Translations under genes and position numbers: made by a program
The notes under the pieces: model-generated
The model's database searches: none
What the model was told of the DNA's origin: nothing
The model's input: the letters and a program-made list of their open reading frames with translations, nothing else
Shown here: piece by piece, positions 26,086 through 36,650 of the stretch
How positions within the stretch are numbered: position 1 is the stretch's first letter
Layout: the number at the start of each line of letters is the position of its first letter
Assembly (NCBI GenBank): GCA_018396395.1
Contig: JAGTQN010000003.1
Span: forward strand, 1 to 43,202
Length of the DNA stretch: 43,202 nucleotides
Direction: 5' to 3'
Source: Candidatus Bathyarchaeota archaeon
GTDB taxonomy: Archaea; Thermoproteota; CALKCG01; B24; JAGTQN01

Positions 26086-26640
26086 ATGGCTGAAATAATC
26101 CCAGCTAGGGAAAAGGTTCTATCTCCAGAACTTATGCCCAAGTTCAAGGAGCCCTTCGGCCTTTTGATCCCTGGTCCTCCTGAGGCTACCATCCCCACCC
26201 TCAGGAAGCTTCTATCCAAGGAAAAGGCTTCCAAGATCATTGCCGTTGGCGATGTTGTGTCCAAGTCCCTAAGGGATTCAGGGATCAAAGGAAATCTATA
26301 CGTTACTGATGATAAGGTTATGAGGGAAAGAATAAGGCCCTTAGACTTTAAAGGCTTAGGATCCATGGAAGTCCTGAGGATTTTTAATCCCCCAGGTCGG
26401 TTGATGGCCGAAGCCTTTCAAGCAATCGATAATGCCCTTCGAAGTCCCAATCCCGTTAGGATAGTGGTCGAAGGCGAGGAGGATCTGTTAGTCCTTCCAG
26501 CCGTCATCCTAGCCCCTACTGATAGCCTCGTTCTCTATGGACAACCAGGAAAGGGCTTAGTAGTCGTTAGAGTGACCTGTGAGAAGAAAAGGGAAGCCCT
26601 TGAGCTCTATCGGGCTATGCCTGAGTCCCATGGGACTTAA
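26086..26640 (+). CDS. GTP-dependent dephospho-CoA kinase (DUF359)
   Basis: KEPFG, IIAVGDVVS, NPPG, VEGEEDLLVLP, VLYGQPGKG. Confidence 0.9.
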   Translation: MAEIIPAREKVLSPELMPKFKEPFGLLIPGPPEATIPTLRKLLSKEKASKIIAVGDVVSKSLRDSGIKGNLYVTDDKVMRERIRPLDFKGLGSMEVLRIFNPPGRLMAEAFQAIDNALRSPNPVRIVVEGEEDLLVLPAVILAPTDSLVLYGQPGKGLVVVRVTCEKKREALELYRAMPESHGT

Positions 26641-26946
26641 GCTTTCATAATCTTGGGCTCATCCGTCCTCTTATAGCGGCTGGGTTAAGAAAAGAAAAAG
26701 AAGAAGGGTACGATGCAAGCCCGGTACAAGAGCTATCATCGAAATCGAAATCGAAATGCCTTGAGATTCTCCGTCTATTCCAACCTTCCGTTATCCATGG
26801 TAAGAATAACCTTCATCGAAGGTTTGGAGGAAGTTTTTGTTTAGAAAATAAGGAAAGGGAAAAGAATGAAGGATGGATTGGAGGAGGAAGGTAGGGATGG
26901 AAGATATGGAAAGGACGGGAATCCCGAAGCCTCAACGCCTAGCCTT

Positions 26947-27789
26947 TTAGGGGCGTCTAACCAATGGATCCTTCAAACTACCAAATTCCCCTAAGGCAAA
27001 GGTTCTCAGGGCAAATTCTTCGGCTTCAAGCCTAGCCCTAGGAGTGCCTACATCCCTCCAAAAAACTTCCCTTGGAATCCTAAAGCCATACACCCCAAGC
27101 CCATCCTCTACCATTAGCCTTATGGTTTCCGTTATCCAGTATTCTCCCTTGGGCGAAGGACCAGTCTTTTCAATGTATTCAAAGACCTTGGATGTAAAGA
27201 TGAGGGGGCCTGAGTTGGCTAAGTACTCTCCATCGATTCTTAGGCCCTCAGCTACCTCAAGGGTTGGACCCTCTATCACATCCATGATCTTGTCCCCAGG
27301 GCCCATCCTCACTATGCCGAAGCCGAGGGGGCTTTTCACCCTGTAGACGCCCATAGTCACTTGGGAGCCCAGCCTTCCATGAAATTGGAGCATCTCCCTC
27401 AGGAAATCCCCTGGATAGAAGAAAGAATCTCCATAGAAGACTACGAAGGATCCATGGATCCATGGCTTTGCTGTTTCAACAGCCTTGGCCGTTCCCATAC
27501 CAGCCTTCAGATCTTGGAAGAGATAGGCCACATGGATGCCCAGACGCCTTCCGTCCTTTAGATATTCTACGATCTGCTCCTTTCCTTCTCCAAGGACTAC
27601 ATATACCCTCTTGATTCCAGCCTCGCACATATAGCGAATACTATATTCAATGACTGGTCGCTCCCCTATAGGAAGGAGTTCCTTCGCGACTGCATCGGAG
27701 TAGGGTGCCATCCTAGTCCCCCTTCCGGCGGCTAAGATCAAACCCGTATCGATCAAATCAGTGCCCTCCTTTGGATAGCCGTCCCTCAT
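26947..27789 (-). CDS. Sugar-phosphate nucleotidyltransferase (glucose-1-P thymidylyltransferase-like)
   Basis: GLILAAGRGTRM..KELLPIG, FVVFYGD, SPKGEYWITE, WRDVGTP. Confidence 0.88.
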   Translation of the reverse strand: MRDGYPKEGTDLIDTGLILAAGRGTRMAPYSDAVAKELLPIGERPVIEYSIRYMCEAGIKRVYVVLGEGKEQIVEYLKDGRRLGIHVAYLFQDLKAGMGTAKAVETAKPWIHGSFVVFYGDSFFYPGDFLREMLQFHGRLGSQVTMGVYRVKSPLGFGIVRMGPGDKIMDVIEGPTLEVAEGLRIDGEYLANSGPLIFTSKVFEYIEKTGPSPKGEYWITETIRLMVEDGLGVYGFRIPREVFWRDVGTPRARLEAEEFALRTFALGEFGSLKDPLVRRP

Positions 27790-27906
27790 AAAGGCTAATC
27801 TAACATAAAGAAAGCTTTAAAGGGCTTCCTTAGGCTTAATCTTCGGAGCATAAAATCTCAGGATCCGCAAATCTTGGAAGCCTTTTTTAAGGAAAGGAAC
27901 CTTTGC

Positions 27907-28236
27907 CTAGGATCCCTCAGCCTTCCCAAGCATTCGCTGTAGGGCTTCAAGACCAGATATTCCCTCCATGACGCCTAGGGCTCTAGCCTTCGTTGTAAAA
28001 GAGTCAACCTTGGCGCACAACATGTCTTCAAACTCCCTGAGGGGACGCTCCTCCGTACCCCTGACCCTTGCCATGAGAAAGCCAAAGTGATCTAAGACCT
28101 CAGCATCGAAGGCTCCACAGGTTAAAATTGCGTCCTTGGCTACGGCAAACATGAAGGAGCCAAAGGGTCCTTGCACCTTGACCCAAATTCCTTCTACATC
28201 ACCAATCTTTACTGGCTGAAGCTTCAACTCCAACAT
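27907..28236 (-). CDS. YunC/DUF1805-family protein
   Basis: CGAFD, ARVRG..FEDML.AKV...T..ARALGV.EG.SG.EAL..M. Confidence 0.75.
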   Translation of the reverse strand: MLELKLQPVKIGDVEGIWVKVQGPFGSFMFAVAKDAILTCGAFDAEVLDHFGFLMARVRGTEERPLREFEDMLCAKVDSFTTKARALGVMEGISGLEALQRMLGKAEGS

Positions 28237-28404
28237 GGCCCTTCGCCATGGATATAACCTGGGCTAAGGCAAAATAAGTGTATTTTTGACGAGAGTAGGA
28301 ATAGCTTCTGGGCTTTTCTTTGAGGAAGCGGTGACGATTTTTTATTTTCTTTTATTTTATTTTATTTTATTTTCCCCTTCCCTTCACCTTTTACTTTCTC
28401 TCTT

Positions 28405-28941
28405 TTAGCCCTCTTCCATATTTTTTATTCTTCTAACGGCCATCCTTTCTATGAATCCTTCCTCAAAGAGACCAGGAAATCTGTCCCTCAGAATTCTTTT
28501 ATACATTGCAACCTCCTCATCCGTGAGGTACTGAAACATATAATCGCCCGTATAGGGGGAGGGGTTCCCGACTCGGCTTAAGAATTCGATGTGCATGAAG
28601 GGCTCCCCCTTCTTGATTGTAATAGGTTGGCGCTCATTATTGAGATTTACTACCTCTAGAGCAAGCCTTCCCACAAAACCACTGTGAACCTTCGCAGCGT
28701 TCAGGAATGAGAGACCCATACGACCAAAGCGGCTCTTTGCCGTCAAGTGGGCTACATAGTCGGGGGGAGTGAAGACGATCTCATGGCTTATGATGTTCCG
28801 ATGCTCAAGATAGTGGAGCGTAGTCTCCCTTTGGACTGTGAGGACATATCCATCCCCGTCCAGAAGCCCTTGATCGTAGGGATGTATGCACGCATAATCT
28901 TCTATGAGCTTTATAAGCCTATCCTTACCGATCACACACAT
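28405..28941 (-). CDS. dcd: dCTP deaminase / trimeric dUTPase family protein
   Basis: AKSRFGRMGL, VHSGFVGRLALEVVN, PYTGDY..Q. Confidence 0.8.
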   Translation of the reverse strand: MCVIGKDRLIKLIEDYACIHPYDQGLLDGDGYVLTVQRETTLHYLEHRNIISHEIVFTPPDYVAHLTAKSRFGRMGLSFLNAAKVHSGFVGRLALEVVNLNNERQPITIKKGEPFMHIEFLSRVGNPSPYTGDYMFQYLTDEEVAMYKRILRDRFPGLFEEGFIERMAVRRIKNMEEG

Positions 28942-29104
28942 TTCCTTTTCGACCCTTCCCTTTCCGATTTTCGTCTTAGGCTTCCGCTTTCATAATTCCT
29001 TCCTATAGGATCTTCTTAAGGATTCTCCGCTTCAAAGCTTCCAAGATTTTGCTCTCGCAAATTTATTTATCCAAGGACCCTACATAGCTCATAGGCTTGA
29101 AGCC

Positions 29105-29467
29105 TTGCCTTTCGGTGCAGGATCCATGGGTATCGAGATGACTAAGGAAGAATTCAGGAAGAAGTTTCCCCATTTGGCTGCGGAGATGGAAGCCAAGGTC
29201 ATGGCTAAAGCCATTGGGGGAGTCAGATGGGAGGGGGCAGAGGCTTATGATGAGCTGAGGAATCCTGATGCCATCGCCTTCTTAAGAAGATGCGATACTG
29301 ATGCCCAAGCTTTGGAAATCATCGCTTATCTCGAGGCTAAAGGAGAGGTTTCTAAGGATTATGCAGAAAGGCTGAGGAGACAGCTGAAAGAAAAGGGGCT
29401 ATCAAGCTTCGGGGATAAGAAGGAGCCAGGCTATTATTTCCATAAGTATTACAATAAGGCTAAATAG
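29105..29467 (+). CDS. DUF2095-family protein
   Basis: EFRKKFPHLA.E, PDAIAFLRRCDT..ALEII.YLE..GE, L...GL.SFG.KKEPGYY. Confidence 0.8.
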   Translation: MPFGAGSMGIEMTKEEFRKKFPHLAAEMEAKVMAKAIGGVRWEGAEAYDELRNPDAIAFLRRCDTDAQALEIIAYLEAKGEVSKDYAERLRRQLKEKGLSSFGDKKEPGYYFHKYYNKAK

Positions 29468-29634
29468 CCTCGGCTATTGAGGGGGAAGAGGAAGCCTAAA
29501 TTTGGCATCTTGCCTTCGTCCATCCATAACATCGCATAAATCCCCAAATAGCTTTCCTATGAGCCCTTTCCTAGCCTTAAAGGTCTTGAAAACAGTAAAA
29601 GGGTTAAAATAAAAATAAAAAATGATGTGATGTT

Positions 29635-30702
29635 GTGTACGGTCCTATAGGGGCTAAAGGCCAAAGGGATCTTGTCTTGGCCTTTGCAGAGCAAGAGATC
29701 CTTTGTCTTGGAATCGAGGGGACAGCCCATACCCTAGGGATAGGTATCGTAAGCTCCAGAGGAAGGATCCTTGCAGACATGAAGGATTCCCTCATCCCAC
29801 CTCCTGGGAAGGGCATCCATCCTAGGGAGGCTTCCCAGCATCATAGCCTCGTAGCCGGAAGGGTCCTGAGGAGGACCTTGGATGAGGCAGGAATAAAGCC
29901 CAAGGATTTGAGCTTAATCGCCTTTAGCCAGGGACCCGGTCTAGGACCCTGCCTCAGGACAGTTGCGACGGCCGCAAGGGCTTTGGCTACCTTCCTTAAG
30001 GTTCCCCTCATCGGCGTCAACCATATCGTAGCCCATATTGAGATGGGGAAGCTTGGCACGGGAGCCAAGGATCCCCTCATCCTCATGCTCAGCGGAGGAA
30101 CAACCCAGATCCTTGCCTTGGCCGAGGGGCGCTACAGGGTCTTTGGAGAAACCCTCGATATAACGATAGCCAATTGCTTCGATGTCTTCGCTAGGGAGGT
30201 AGGACTCTACGATCCAAAGACTCCATGGCCCGGGCCCGTCTTTGATGAAGTTGCCTCGAAGGGAAAGAACTACATCCCTCTTCCATACACGGTAAAGGGA
30301 ATGGATCTCCAGTTCTCGGGGCTTCTGACGGCTACGTTGAGGAAGTATAGGGAAGGCAGGCATCGACTCGAGGATCTCTGCTACAGCCTTCAGGAAACTG
30401 CCTTGGCTATGGTAACGGAGGTCGCTGAGAGGGCCCTAGCCCATACGGGAAAGCAGGAAATCCTTCTAACGGGGGGCTTCGCAAGGAATAAGCGTCTTCA
30501 ATCCATGTTGGCATCTATGGCGTCGGAGCATGGGGCTAGGCTCCATGTTGTTCAAGGAGACTTTGCCACTGATAATGGAGCTATGATCGCCTGGACCGGC
30601 CTGCTAGCCTATGGTTCTGGAATCCGTACAGAAATCGAGGAAAGCCTTGTAAAGCCTCGATGGCGGGTTGATCAGGTCCCCGTGACTTGGGCCGAGACCT
30701 GA
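29635..30702 (+). CDS. kae1: KEOPS t6A synthase Kae1 (not fused to Bud32; start uncertain)
   Basis: LGIEGTAHT, GIHPRE, GPGLGPCL, VNHIVAHIE, SGGTTQ, GETLDI, DNGAMIAW. Confidence 0.95.
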   Translation: MYGPIGAKGQRDLVLAFAEQEILCLGIEGTAHTLGIGIVSSRGRILADMKDSLIPPPGKGIHPREASQHHSLVAGRVLRRTLDEAGIKPKDLSLIAFSQGPGLGPCLRTVATAARALATFLKVPLIGVNHIVAHIEMGKLGTGAKDPLILMLSGGTTQILALAEGRYRVFGETLDITIANCFDVFAREVGLYDPKTPWPGPVFDEVASKGKNYIPLPYTVKGMDLQFSGLLTATLRKYREGRHRLEDLCYSLQETALAMVTEVAERALAHTGKQEILLTGGFARNKRLQSMLASMASEHGARLHVVQGDFATDNGAMIAWTGLLAYGSGIRTEIEESLVKPRWRVDQVPVTWAET

Positions 30703-31589
30703 GACGAGGGTTGAGGGGCCCTCGATCCTCTCCTTAGGCGCCTGTAGGCATAGTAGGTAGGGATTCCAAGAATGAGGAATGGAATCGCCCACATGCCTAG
30801 GATGATGGCCCCCTTAGCCATATACAGCCAGCCTAAGATGCCGATTTCAATGGCGTCCTCCCAATATATTGTTGGTATCTTTAATGCGGGTGGCTCCGTA
30901 AGGTAGACCTGTATAAGGGACATTTCAACGCTTTGTCTCAGGTAATTCAACTGTCCCGTAAGTCTCTCGATCTCGCCCCGAACCCTTTCCAATTCTCTCT
31001 CGACCTCTAGAACCTCCGAAACGGTTTTTGCCATGACTAGGATTTCGAGAAGCCTCCCCTCCTGCCTCTCAAGGTTCCTTAGCCTCGAATCAAGGTCCAC
31101 GTACTGCTCCGTAACATCTTGGTTCTGTATCCTCCTTTCTTTGATGGAACCGTAGGCTTTCAGGGCCTCTAGGGTTTCGAGGAAGTGGGTTGCGGGAACC
31201 CTGAAGCTCACATATCCCCATCTAGTTCCACTCTGGTTTCCCAGGTTTGACTGGACAACATAGCCCTCAAAGGATGCTGCCAGAGCTTCGATCTGGCGTG
31301 TAGCCGAAACGACATCAGGAGTCTCTAATGAAACGGAAGCCGTCTTGACAACCATTCTGTCTATGGATTCATTTGATGATGTATCATACGATGATGTAAC
31401 ATCCCTGATCTTACCGATGATTGATGAAGGAAGGCGTGTGAAGGCTCCTCCGAGATTGATTTGGTATAGAACAAAACCCAATAGGAAGGATGCGATGGAG
31501 AACAAGGCTACGATGGCGATAAGCAGGATGATAATCTTGAGCCTTGGCTTCTTCAAGACCATGAGCCCCGTGAAACGGATATTTTTCAA
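30672..31589 (-). CDS. DUF4349-domain membrane protein
   Basis: N-terminal TM; RMVVKTASVSL, FRVP, DVTEQYVDL..RL, EVERELERVRGEIE; C-terminal TM. Confidence 0.88.
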   Translation of the reverse strand: MKNIRFTGLMVLKKPRLKIIILLIAIVALFSIASFLLGFVLYQINLGGAFTRLPSSIIGKIRDVTSSYDTSSNESIDRMVVKTASVSLETPDVVSATRQIEALAASFEGYVVQSNLGNQSGTRWGYVSFRVPATHFLETLEALKAYGSIKERRIQNQDVTEQYVDLDSRLRNLERQEGRLLEILVMAKTVSEVLEVERELERVRGEIERLTGQLNYLRQSVEMSLIQVYLTEPPALKIPTIYWEDAIEIGILGWLYMAKGAIILGMWAIPFLILGIPTYYAYRRLRRGSRAPQPSSQVSAQVTGT

Positions 31590-31769
31590 GCTATTTAAGC
31601 CTATATTTTAGAACGAGGTTCGAACTAGATTCCAACTCCAGAGATGAATGCCAGCTTTTCCCATAGGGAAATCAAATCGGATAAAGGGTCTTAAGGAGGA
31701 AATACTTGGAAATCGCTGAAAGGAAGGGGCTTTAGGAAACGCTTTCCCTTCCTTTCCTTTCATTTCCAT

Positions 31770-31958
31770 TCATTTCCTTATGTATTCAGTAAATTTGCAA
31801 TTTCCGCAAGTCCAACGGGGTCTAGGTTCCTTATGGAATCCCATAATCTTAGAGCATCGGGGGCACTTCCTATTCTTAAGCTTGACGATGCGCTTTGCAT
31901 AGTCCACATCATAGAGATGCCAAATGCCCCTTTCCTTCTTCATCTCTGTCTCACCCAT
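31770..31958 (-). CDS. rps27ae: 30S ribosomal protein S27ae (eS31)
   Basis: LKNRKCPRC..MGFH..RWTCGNCKFTE; follows rps24e. Confidence 0.93.
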   Translation of the reverse strand: MGETEMKKERGIWHLYDVDYAKRIVKLKNRKCPRCSKIMGFHKEPRPRWTCGNCKFTEYIRK

Positions 31959-32005
31959 AAGAACACCTCGCTGTTCGTTAGGAATTCATCACAAAGCATC
32001 ATTCC

Positions 32006-32416
32006 TTAGGGGCTCCCAACCTTTTGGCTCTGGGGACTCCCCTTCCCTTTCCCCTTCTCTTTCTCTTTCTCTTTCTCTTTCCCTTTCTCTTTCCCTTTCT
32101 CCCCTTCCTCTTTCGCCTTCAGGGCTTCCCTTTCCTCTGGTGGAAGGTTCTTATAAAAAACGTGTTTCGGTAGTAAAAGCCTTGCCAGTTCCTTATTCTC
32201 ATAAATATGGCAAATTCCCTCGGAAATCTGGGTGCCTGTCTTAGTTTCATAGCGAATTATGTATATCTCCTCGGGCTTTCTTCCAAACTTTGATGCTAGA
32301 GTCTCCTTAACCTCGAATCTTTTTGGCGTGCCAGCCCCTGGATGAAGAAGGTTGAAGCGCACCTCCATCCTTCCCAGGAGCCTGTTGAAGGATTCCTTGA
32401 CAATCTTCAACTCCAT
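32006..32416 (-). CDS. rps24e: 30S ribosomal protein S24e with EK/GK low-complexity tail
   Basis: MELKIVKESFNRLLGRMEV..HPGAGTPKR..TKTG..G..HIY; GGAGG RBS before ATG 32416. Confidence 0.93.
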   Translation of the reverse strand: MELKIVKESFNRLLGRMEVRFNLLHPGAGTPKRFEVKETLASKFGRKPEEIYIIRYETKTGTQISEGICHIYENKELARLLLPKHVFYKNLPPEEREALKAKEEGEKGKEKGKEKEKEKEKGKGKGSPQSQKVGSP

Positions 32417-32637
32417 GAAACCTCCCAAATGTTGTTGAGAACCTAGATTTAAACATCTCGAAAAAAGATGGGAGCTAAGGGAATCAAAAAAAGGTAGCTG
32501 CGACTGATAAATCATCTTCCCTGCCTTCGGCGTACTAGGTCCTAGGATTCAAAGGTCCTTGCATCCATAGGAAAGTCCTTTATAGGACTTCTACGAAGAA
32601 TTTAGGAACTCGAGAAGAAATTCGTACTTTAGGTGAT

Positions 32638-32958
32638 ATGGATATGGATCTAGATCCTCAAAAGCTTACCGAGAAGGAGAAGGAGGTCTACGAAAGGCTT
32701 AAGGAAGTTAGAGATCCAGAGTTCGGTTTCAGTATAACGGAAGCTGGAATGATAGATGAGGTTAAGGTCGAAGGGAAGGTTGCTAGGATCGCCTATCACC
32801 TGACGGCCCCCTTCTGTCCACCAATCTTCGCACTGCACATAGGACGACAGATCAAAAGAATGGCTAAGGAAGTCCAAGGTATAGAAGAAGTTCATGTGAC
32901 CGTAAGGAATCACTTCCAATCAGAGGAGATCAACGAGGCCCTCAGTAAAATGCCCTAA
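32638..32958 (+). CDS. DUF59/MIP18-family Fe-S cluster assembly protein
   Basis: LKEVRDPEFGFSI..GMI, LTAPFCP. Confidence 0.88.
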   Translation: MDMDLDPQKLTEKEKEVYERLKEVRDPEFGFSITEAGMIDEVKVEGKVARIAYHLTAPFCPPIFALHIGRQIKRMAKEVQGIEEVHVTVRNHFQSEEINEALSKMP

Positions 32959-33205
32959 GGAATCATGGTTCTAGAAGTTCCTGGCAACTTCAGCCTTAAA
33001 GACGCAAGGATCAGGGCGAGGATAAAAGCTAGCGTCTAAGAGGAAGGCTATAGGCGAAGCTTACGAGCCTAGCATGCCAAACAGAAAGGTAATGGTTGCA
33101 ATAATGGATGAAAAAGCCGCGATACATACCATACAGTTCAGGGAGACTAAATTTAACTGGAAAATGGGGAAACTTTATATATTCTTTTGAATCTCGAATT
33201 TTTGT

Positions 33206-34045
33206 ATGAATGATTTTAAAAAGTTTGCAATAGTAATACTTAGTGTCCTTCTCTTTCTTAGCTTCTTGCTTAATACTTATCTTTACACCAAAGTTGTAGA
33301 GTACGATGGATATTTGAAAAATCTACAGACAAAAGTTAACACTTTAAGCTCGGAGAATGCCATGTTGAAGGAAAGTCTAGAAGTTCTTAAGAGAAGCCTT
33401 CCCTATCACCCGACAAATGTTTCACTTTCAGGAGAATGGATATACATTGCAGGCGTTATAATGACGAATGGAGGCTACAGAGGAGAAATCCTTAGAGTTT
33501 ATGCCCGCTTCGTTGAAGGTTCAGGGAAAGTATTCATAGGAACGACGCCAAAGATAGGCATAGATCTTCAGATCGCTGCCGAAACGGCCTTTCAAGTGGC
33601 TCAAAGGTTTACTGGCGTCAATGCCAGCTTACTAGACTGTATACTGACCGTGTCGGCTAATAGAACCATCGATGTGGTCGATGGACCCTCAGCGGGAGCA
33701 GCGATAACTGCCCTCCTTTCCTCAATACTCCGAGGGAAAGGTATTCGGAGGGATGCTGTCATCACAGGAGCCATTCAAGGCGATGGAAGCATCGTTAGTG
33801 TGGGGGGAATCATCGAAAAAGCCACGGCGGCTGCAAAGATAGGGGCTAAGATCTTCCTCGTCCCCAAGGGACAGTCGAAGGTTGTTGTTTGGAAGGAAAA
33901 GGTTACACAGATGGGCTCTTTCAGAATCATAGAGTACGTTCCTGAGGTTGTGGAGGTGCAGGATTACTTGAGGAATAAGGGTTTCGAGATAAAGGTCATC
34001 GAAGTTACTAATATCCTGGAGGCACTTCATTATCTTGAGGTTTGA
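33206..34045 (+). CDS. Membrane-anchored S16 (Lon C-terminal-like) serine protease without ATPase domain
   Basis: N-terminal TM and coiled coil; VDGPSAGAAI (catalytic Ser), VGGIIEKA (Lys), FLVPKGQ. Confidence 0.85.
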   Translation: MNDFKKFAIVILSVLLFLSFLLNTYLYTKVVEYDGYLKNLQTKVNTLSSENAMLKESLEVLKRSLPYHPTNVSLSGEWIYIAGVIMTNGGYRGEILRVYARFVEGSGKVFIGTTPKIGIDLQIAAETAFQVAQRFTGVNASLLDCILTVSANRTIDVVDGPSAGAAITALLSSILRGKGIRRDAVITGAIQGDGSIVSVGGIIEKATAAAKIGAKIFLVPKGQSKVVVWKEKVTQMGSFRIIEYVPEVVEVQDYLRNKGFEIKVIEVTNILEALHYLEV

Positions 34046-34307
34046 AGGTAAAGTAAAGTAAAGTGAAGAAAAAGATACGAATCGATGCATTCCGTCTTAA
34101 TCTGCAAAAGCCTTTGGTCTTGCATTGGCTATACTCTACGGATGGCATCGAAGGTATGGTATCGATATGTATGGTATGGATTGGCTTCTTCGTTCGGATT
34201 GATCAATTGCCTGAAGGAGCTGTTCGGATTACTCTTTCACACGAAGAATGCTACGAGCAAAAGGCTTTAGGAAAGTAAGGCATTTCAAGATATGCGGTGG
34301 AGCAAGG

Positions 34308-36074
34308 ATGCTCTTCAAGGTCCTCGCCGATGTCTTCGAAAAGATTGAGGCAACTACCAAGCGCCTCGAGATGACAGACTATCTAGTGGAGCTCATAAAG
34401 GCTACGCCCAAGGAATCTATTGGAAAAGTTGCCTATCTCACGACAGGTACCCTTTATCCTCCCTTCATGGGAATAGAACTCGGGGTTGCTGATAAATTAT
34501 GCCAGAAAGCCATATCCATCGCCACAGGCTTTCGGGAGGAAATCGTCGAGGAAGACTATAAAAAGAGCGGGGACCTTGGGAAAACGGCCGAGGACTTACT
34601 GGCTAAGAAGGCGATAAGAACCCTTTTTCATAGACCCCTCACCCTCGATAGGGTCTATGGAACCCTTGAGAAGATTAGCCAGGCCTATGGTTCTGGGGCT
34701 CAGGAAGCCAAGATTTCCCATCTGGCAGGGCTCCTATCGGATGCAGATCCAAAGGAAGCCCGTTACATCGTTCGGATGGCCCTCTCGAAGCTCAGGCTGG
34801 GGGTTGCTGATATGACATTCCTCGATGCCCTCGCCATAGCCTTCGGAGGAGGAAAGGAGTATAGGGAGGCGATAGAGAGGGCATACAACCTCACATCGGA
34901 TATAGGCTATGTGGCAGAAACCATCGCCAAGGGAGGAATCGATGCCATTAGGCAGGTGAAGGTAACCTTCGGTCGCCCCATAAAGCCCCAGCTAGCGGAG
35001 CGCCTCTCCAGCCTCGAGGAAATCCTAGAAAAGCTTGGAGGGAAGTGCAGCGCCGAGTACAAGTACGATGGGCTAAGGATCCAGGCCCATATTCAGGGAA
35101 GCTCCGTCATCCTTTTCTCAAGGCGACAGGAAAACATTACTTCCCAGTTTCCAGATCTCGTGGATGCCTTACAAAACGCCATAAGGGCTAAGGAGGCCAT
35201 AGTGGATGGGGAGTGCGTCCCTGTGGATCCGAATACAGGAGACCTCCTTCCTTTCCAAGTCGTTTCTCAGAGAAGGGGGCGCAAGTACGATATCGAGAAG
35301 ATGATCGGGGAGATTCCTGTCGTCCTCTTCCTCTTCGATGCCCTTTACGTAAATGGCGAGGACCTTACCCTGAAGCCCTATCTAGAGCGGAGGAAAGCCC
35401 TAGAAGCCATCCTTCAGGAAACTGAATGCATAAGGATTGCGGAGAAGATCGTAAGCGACGATTCCAAGGAGATCGAAGCCTTCTTCCATAAGGCTGTCCA
35501 AGAAGGAACGGAGGGTCTCGTCTGTAAAGCCATTGGACCGAACAGCCTCTATGAGGCTGGGAAGAGGGGATGGCTATGGATAAAATGGAAACGCTCCTAC
35601 AGATCCGAGATGGTCGATACGGTCGATCTGGTTGCTGTGGGGGCCTTCGCAGGTCGAGGAAGAAGGGCTGGGAGCTATGGAGCCCTCCTCATGGCCGCCT
35701 ATAATCCAAAGGATGATGTCTTCGATACGGTTTGCAAGCTTGGGAGTGGCTTTACGGATGAGGACTTAGCTAGGCTTCCTGAGCTTTTCAAGCCCTTCAT
35801 CATTGACCATAAACCCCCAAGGGTGAATGCCCTCATAAAACCAGACTTTTGGCTCCAGCCAGTCAAGGTCCTCGAAGTCATAGGAGATGAGATTACGTTA
35901 AGTCCATTGCATACCTGCGGTTTCAACGCCATTCGTCAGGGTAGCGGCCTGGCGATTCGGTTTCCCAGGCTCGTGAAATTCAGGGAGGAGAGGGTTCCTG
36001 AGGATGCCACCACCGTTGAGGAAATAGTTGACATGTATAGAAGACAATTGAAGCGCGTGGAATCTGAAACTTAG
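34308..36074 (+). CDS. lig: ATP-dependent DNA ligase
   Basis: EYKYDG motif I, DGE, FDALY, EGLVCK, RGWLWIKWK, GSGFTD, IRFPR. Confidence 0.97.
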   Translation: MLFKVLADVFEKIEATTKRLEMTDYLVELIKATPKESIGKVAYLTTGTLYPPFMGIELGVADKLCQKAISIATGFREEIVEEDYKKSGDLGKTAEDLLAKKAIRTLFHRPLTLDRVYGTLEKISQAYGSGAQEAKISHLAGLLSDADPKEARYIVRMALSKLRLGVADMTFLDALAIAFGGGKEYREAIERAYNLTSDIGYVAETIAKGGIDAIRQVKVTFGRPIKPQLAERLSSLEEILEKLGGKCSAEYKYDGLRIQAHIQGSSVILFSRRQENITSQFPDLVDALQNAIRAKEAIVDGECVPVDPNTGDLLPFQVVSQRRGRKYDIEKMIGEIPVVLFLFDALYVNGEDLTLKPYLERRKALEAILQETECIRIAEKIVSDDSKEIEAFFHKAVQEGTEGLVCKAIGPNSLYEAGKRGWLWIKWKRSYRSEMVDTVDLVAVGAFAGRGRRAGSYGALLMAAYNPKDDVFDTVCKLGSGFTDEDLARLPELFKPFIIDHKPPRVNALIKPDFWLQPVKVLEVIGDEITLSPLHTCGFNAIRQGSGLAIRFPRLVKFREERVPEDATTVEEIVDMYRRQLKRVESET

Positions 36075-36650
36075 GGAAGTTTTAAGAAGAATTAGGAATG
36101 TTTTCGCTACACAATTTTAGACCTAAGCCATACCTTCAGGAAGGATTTTTATACCCTTTTCATCTTTCAAGCCTAACTACGGATTTTGAGAAAAGACTTA
36201 AGGAAGGCTTTGGTATGGAGCCTTTTGCGTATATCATAGGTTATGGAAGGCTAATACTTCTATCAACCTTCATAGATTGTTGATCGATTCATCCATAACG
36301 CTTCTCCCCAACCTTGATCGGCTCATCCATAGCTGGACTCGAGGCCTAGCCTTCTTCTGAAGAGGAATCGCCTCGATGATCGGGCAGAGGCTAAGGTTCA
36401 GAAAGGGGGACCTGAAGAACTCTCTTTTTTTGGGAGTAGTCAGACCTCTCGGCCATATTGAAGGCATCACTCACGGCATCCTTTACGCCTTAGAGATACT
36501 ACAAAGGGACTTGGCCAAGGAGACGCCACAACTTCCATGCACCTTTGGACTAAACTAAGAGGAAAATTAGAAACCCTGATTCCCTATGGCCTGATTCAGT
36601 CCAATTATGGAGGAAGGAAAAGAAAAGGAAACGAAATGATTAAACAGAGC

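Noticed and set aside
32416-32515. 33-aa N-terminal extension of S24e; similar extensions on lig, rpl12 and DUF359
   Set aside because: Downstream starts have RBS motifs and match the family N-termini; the extensions are longest-ORF artefacts.
36270-36560. Short ORFs between lig and pyrF
   Set aside because: No recognisable family in any frame; at most a decayed small gene.
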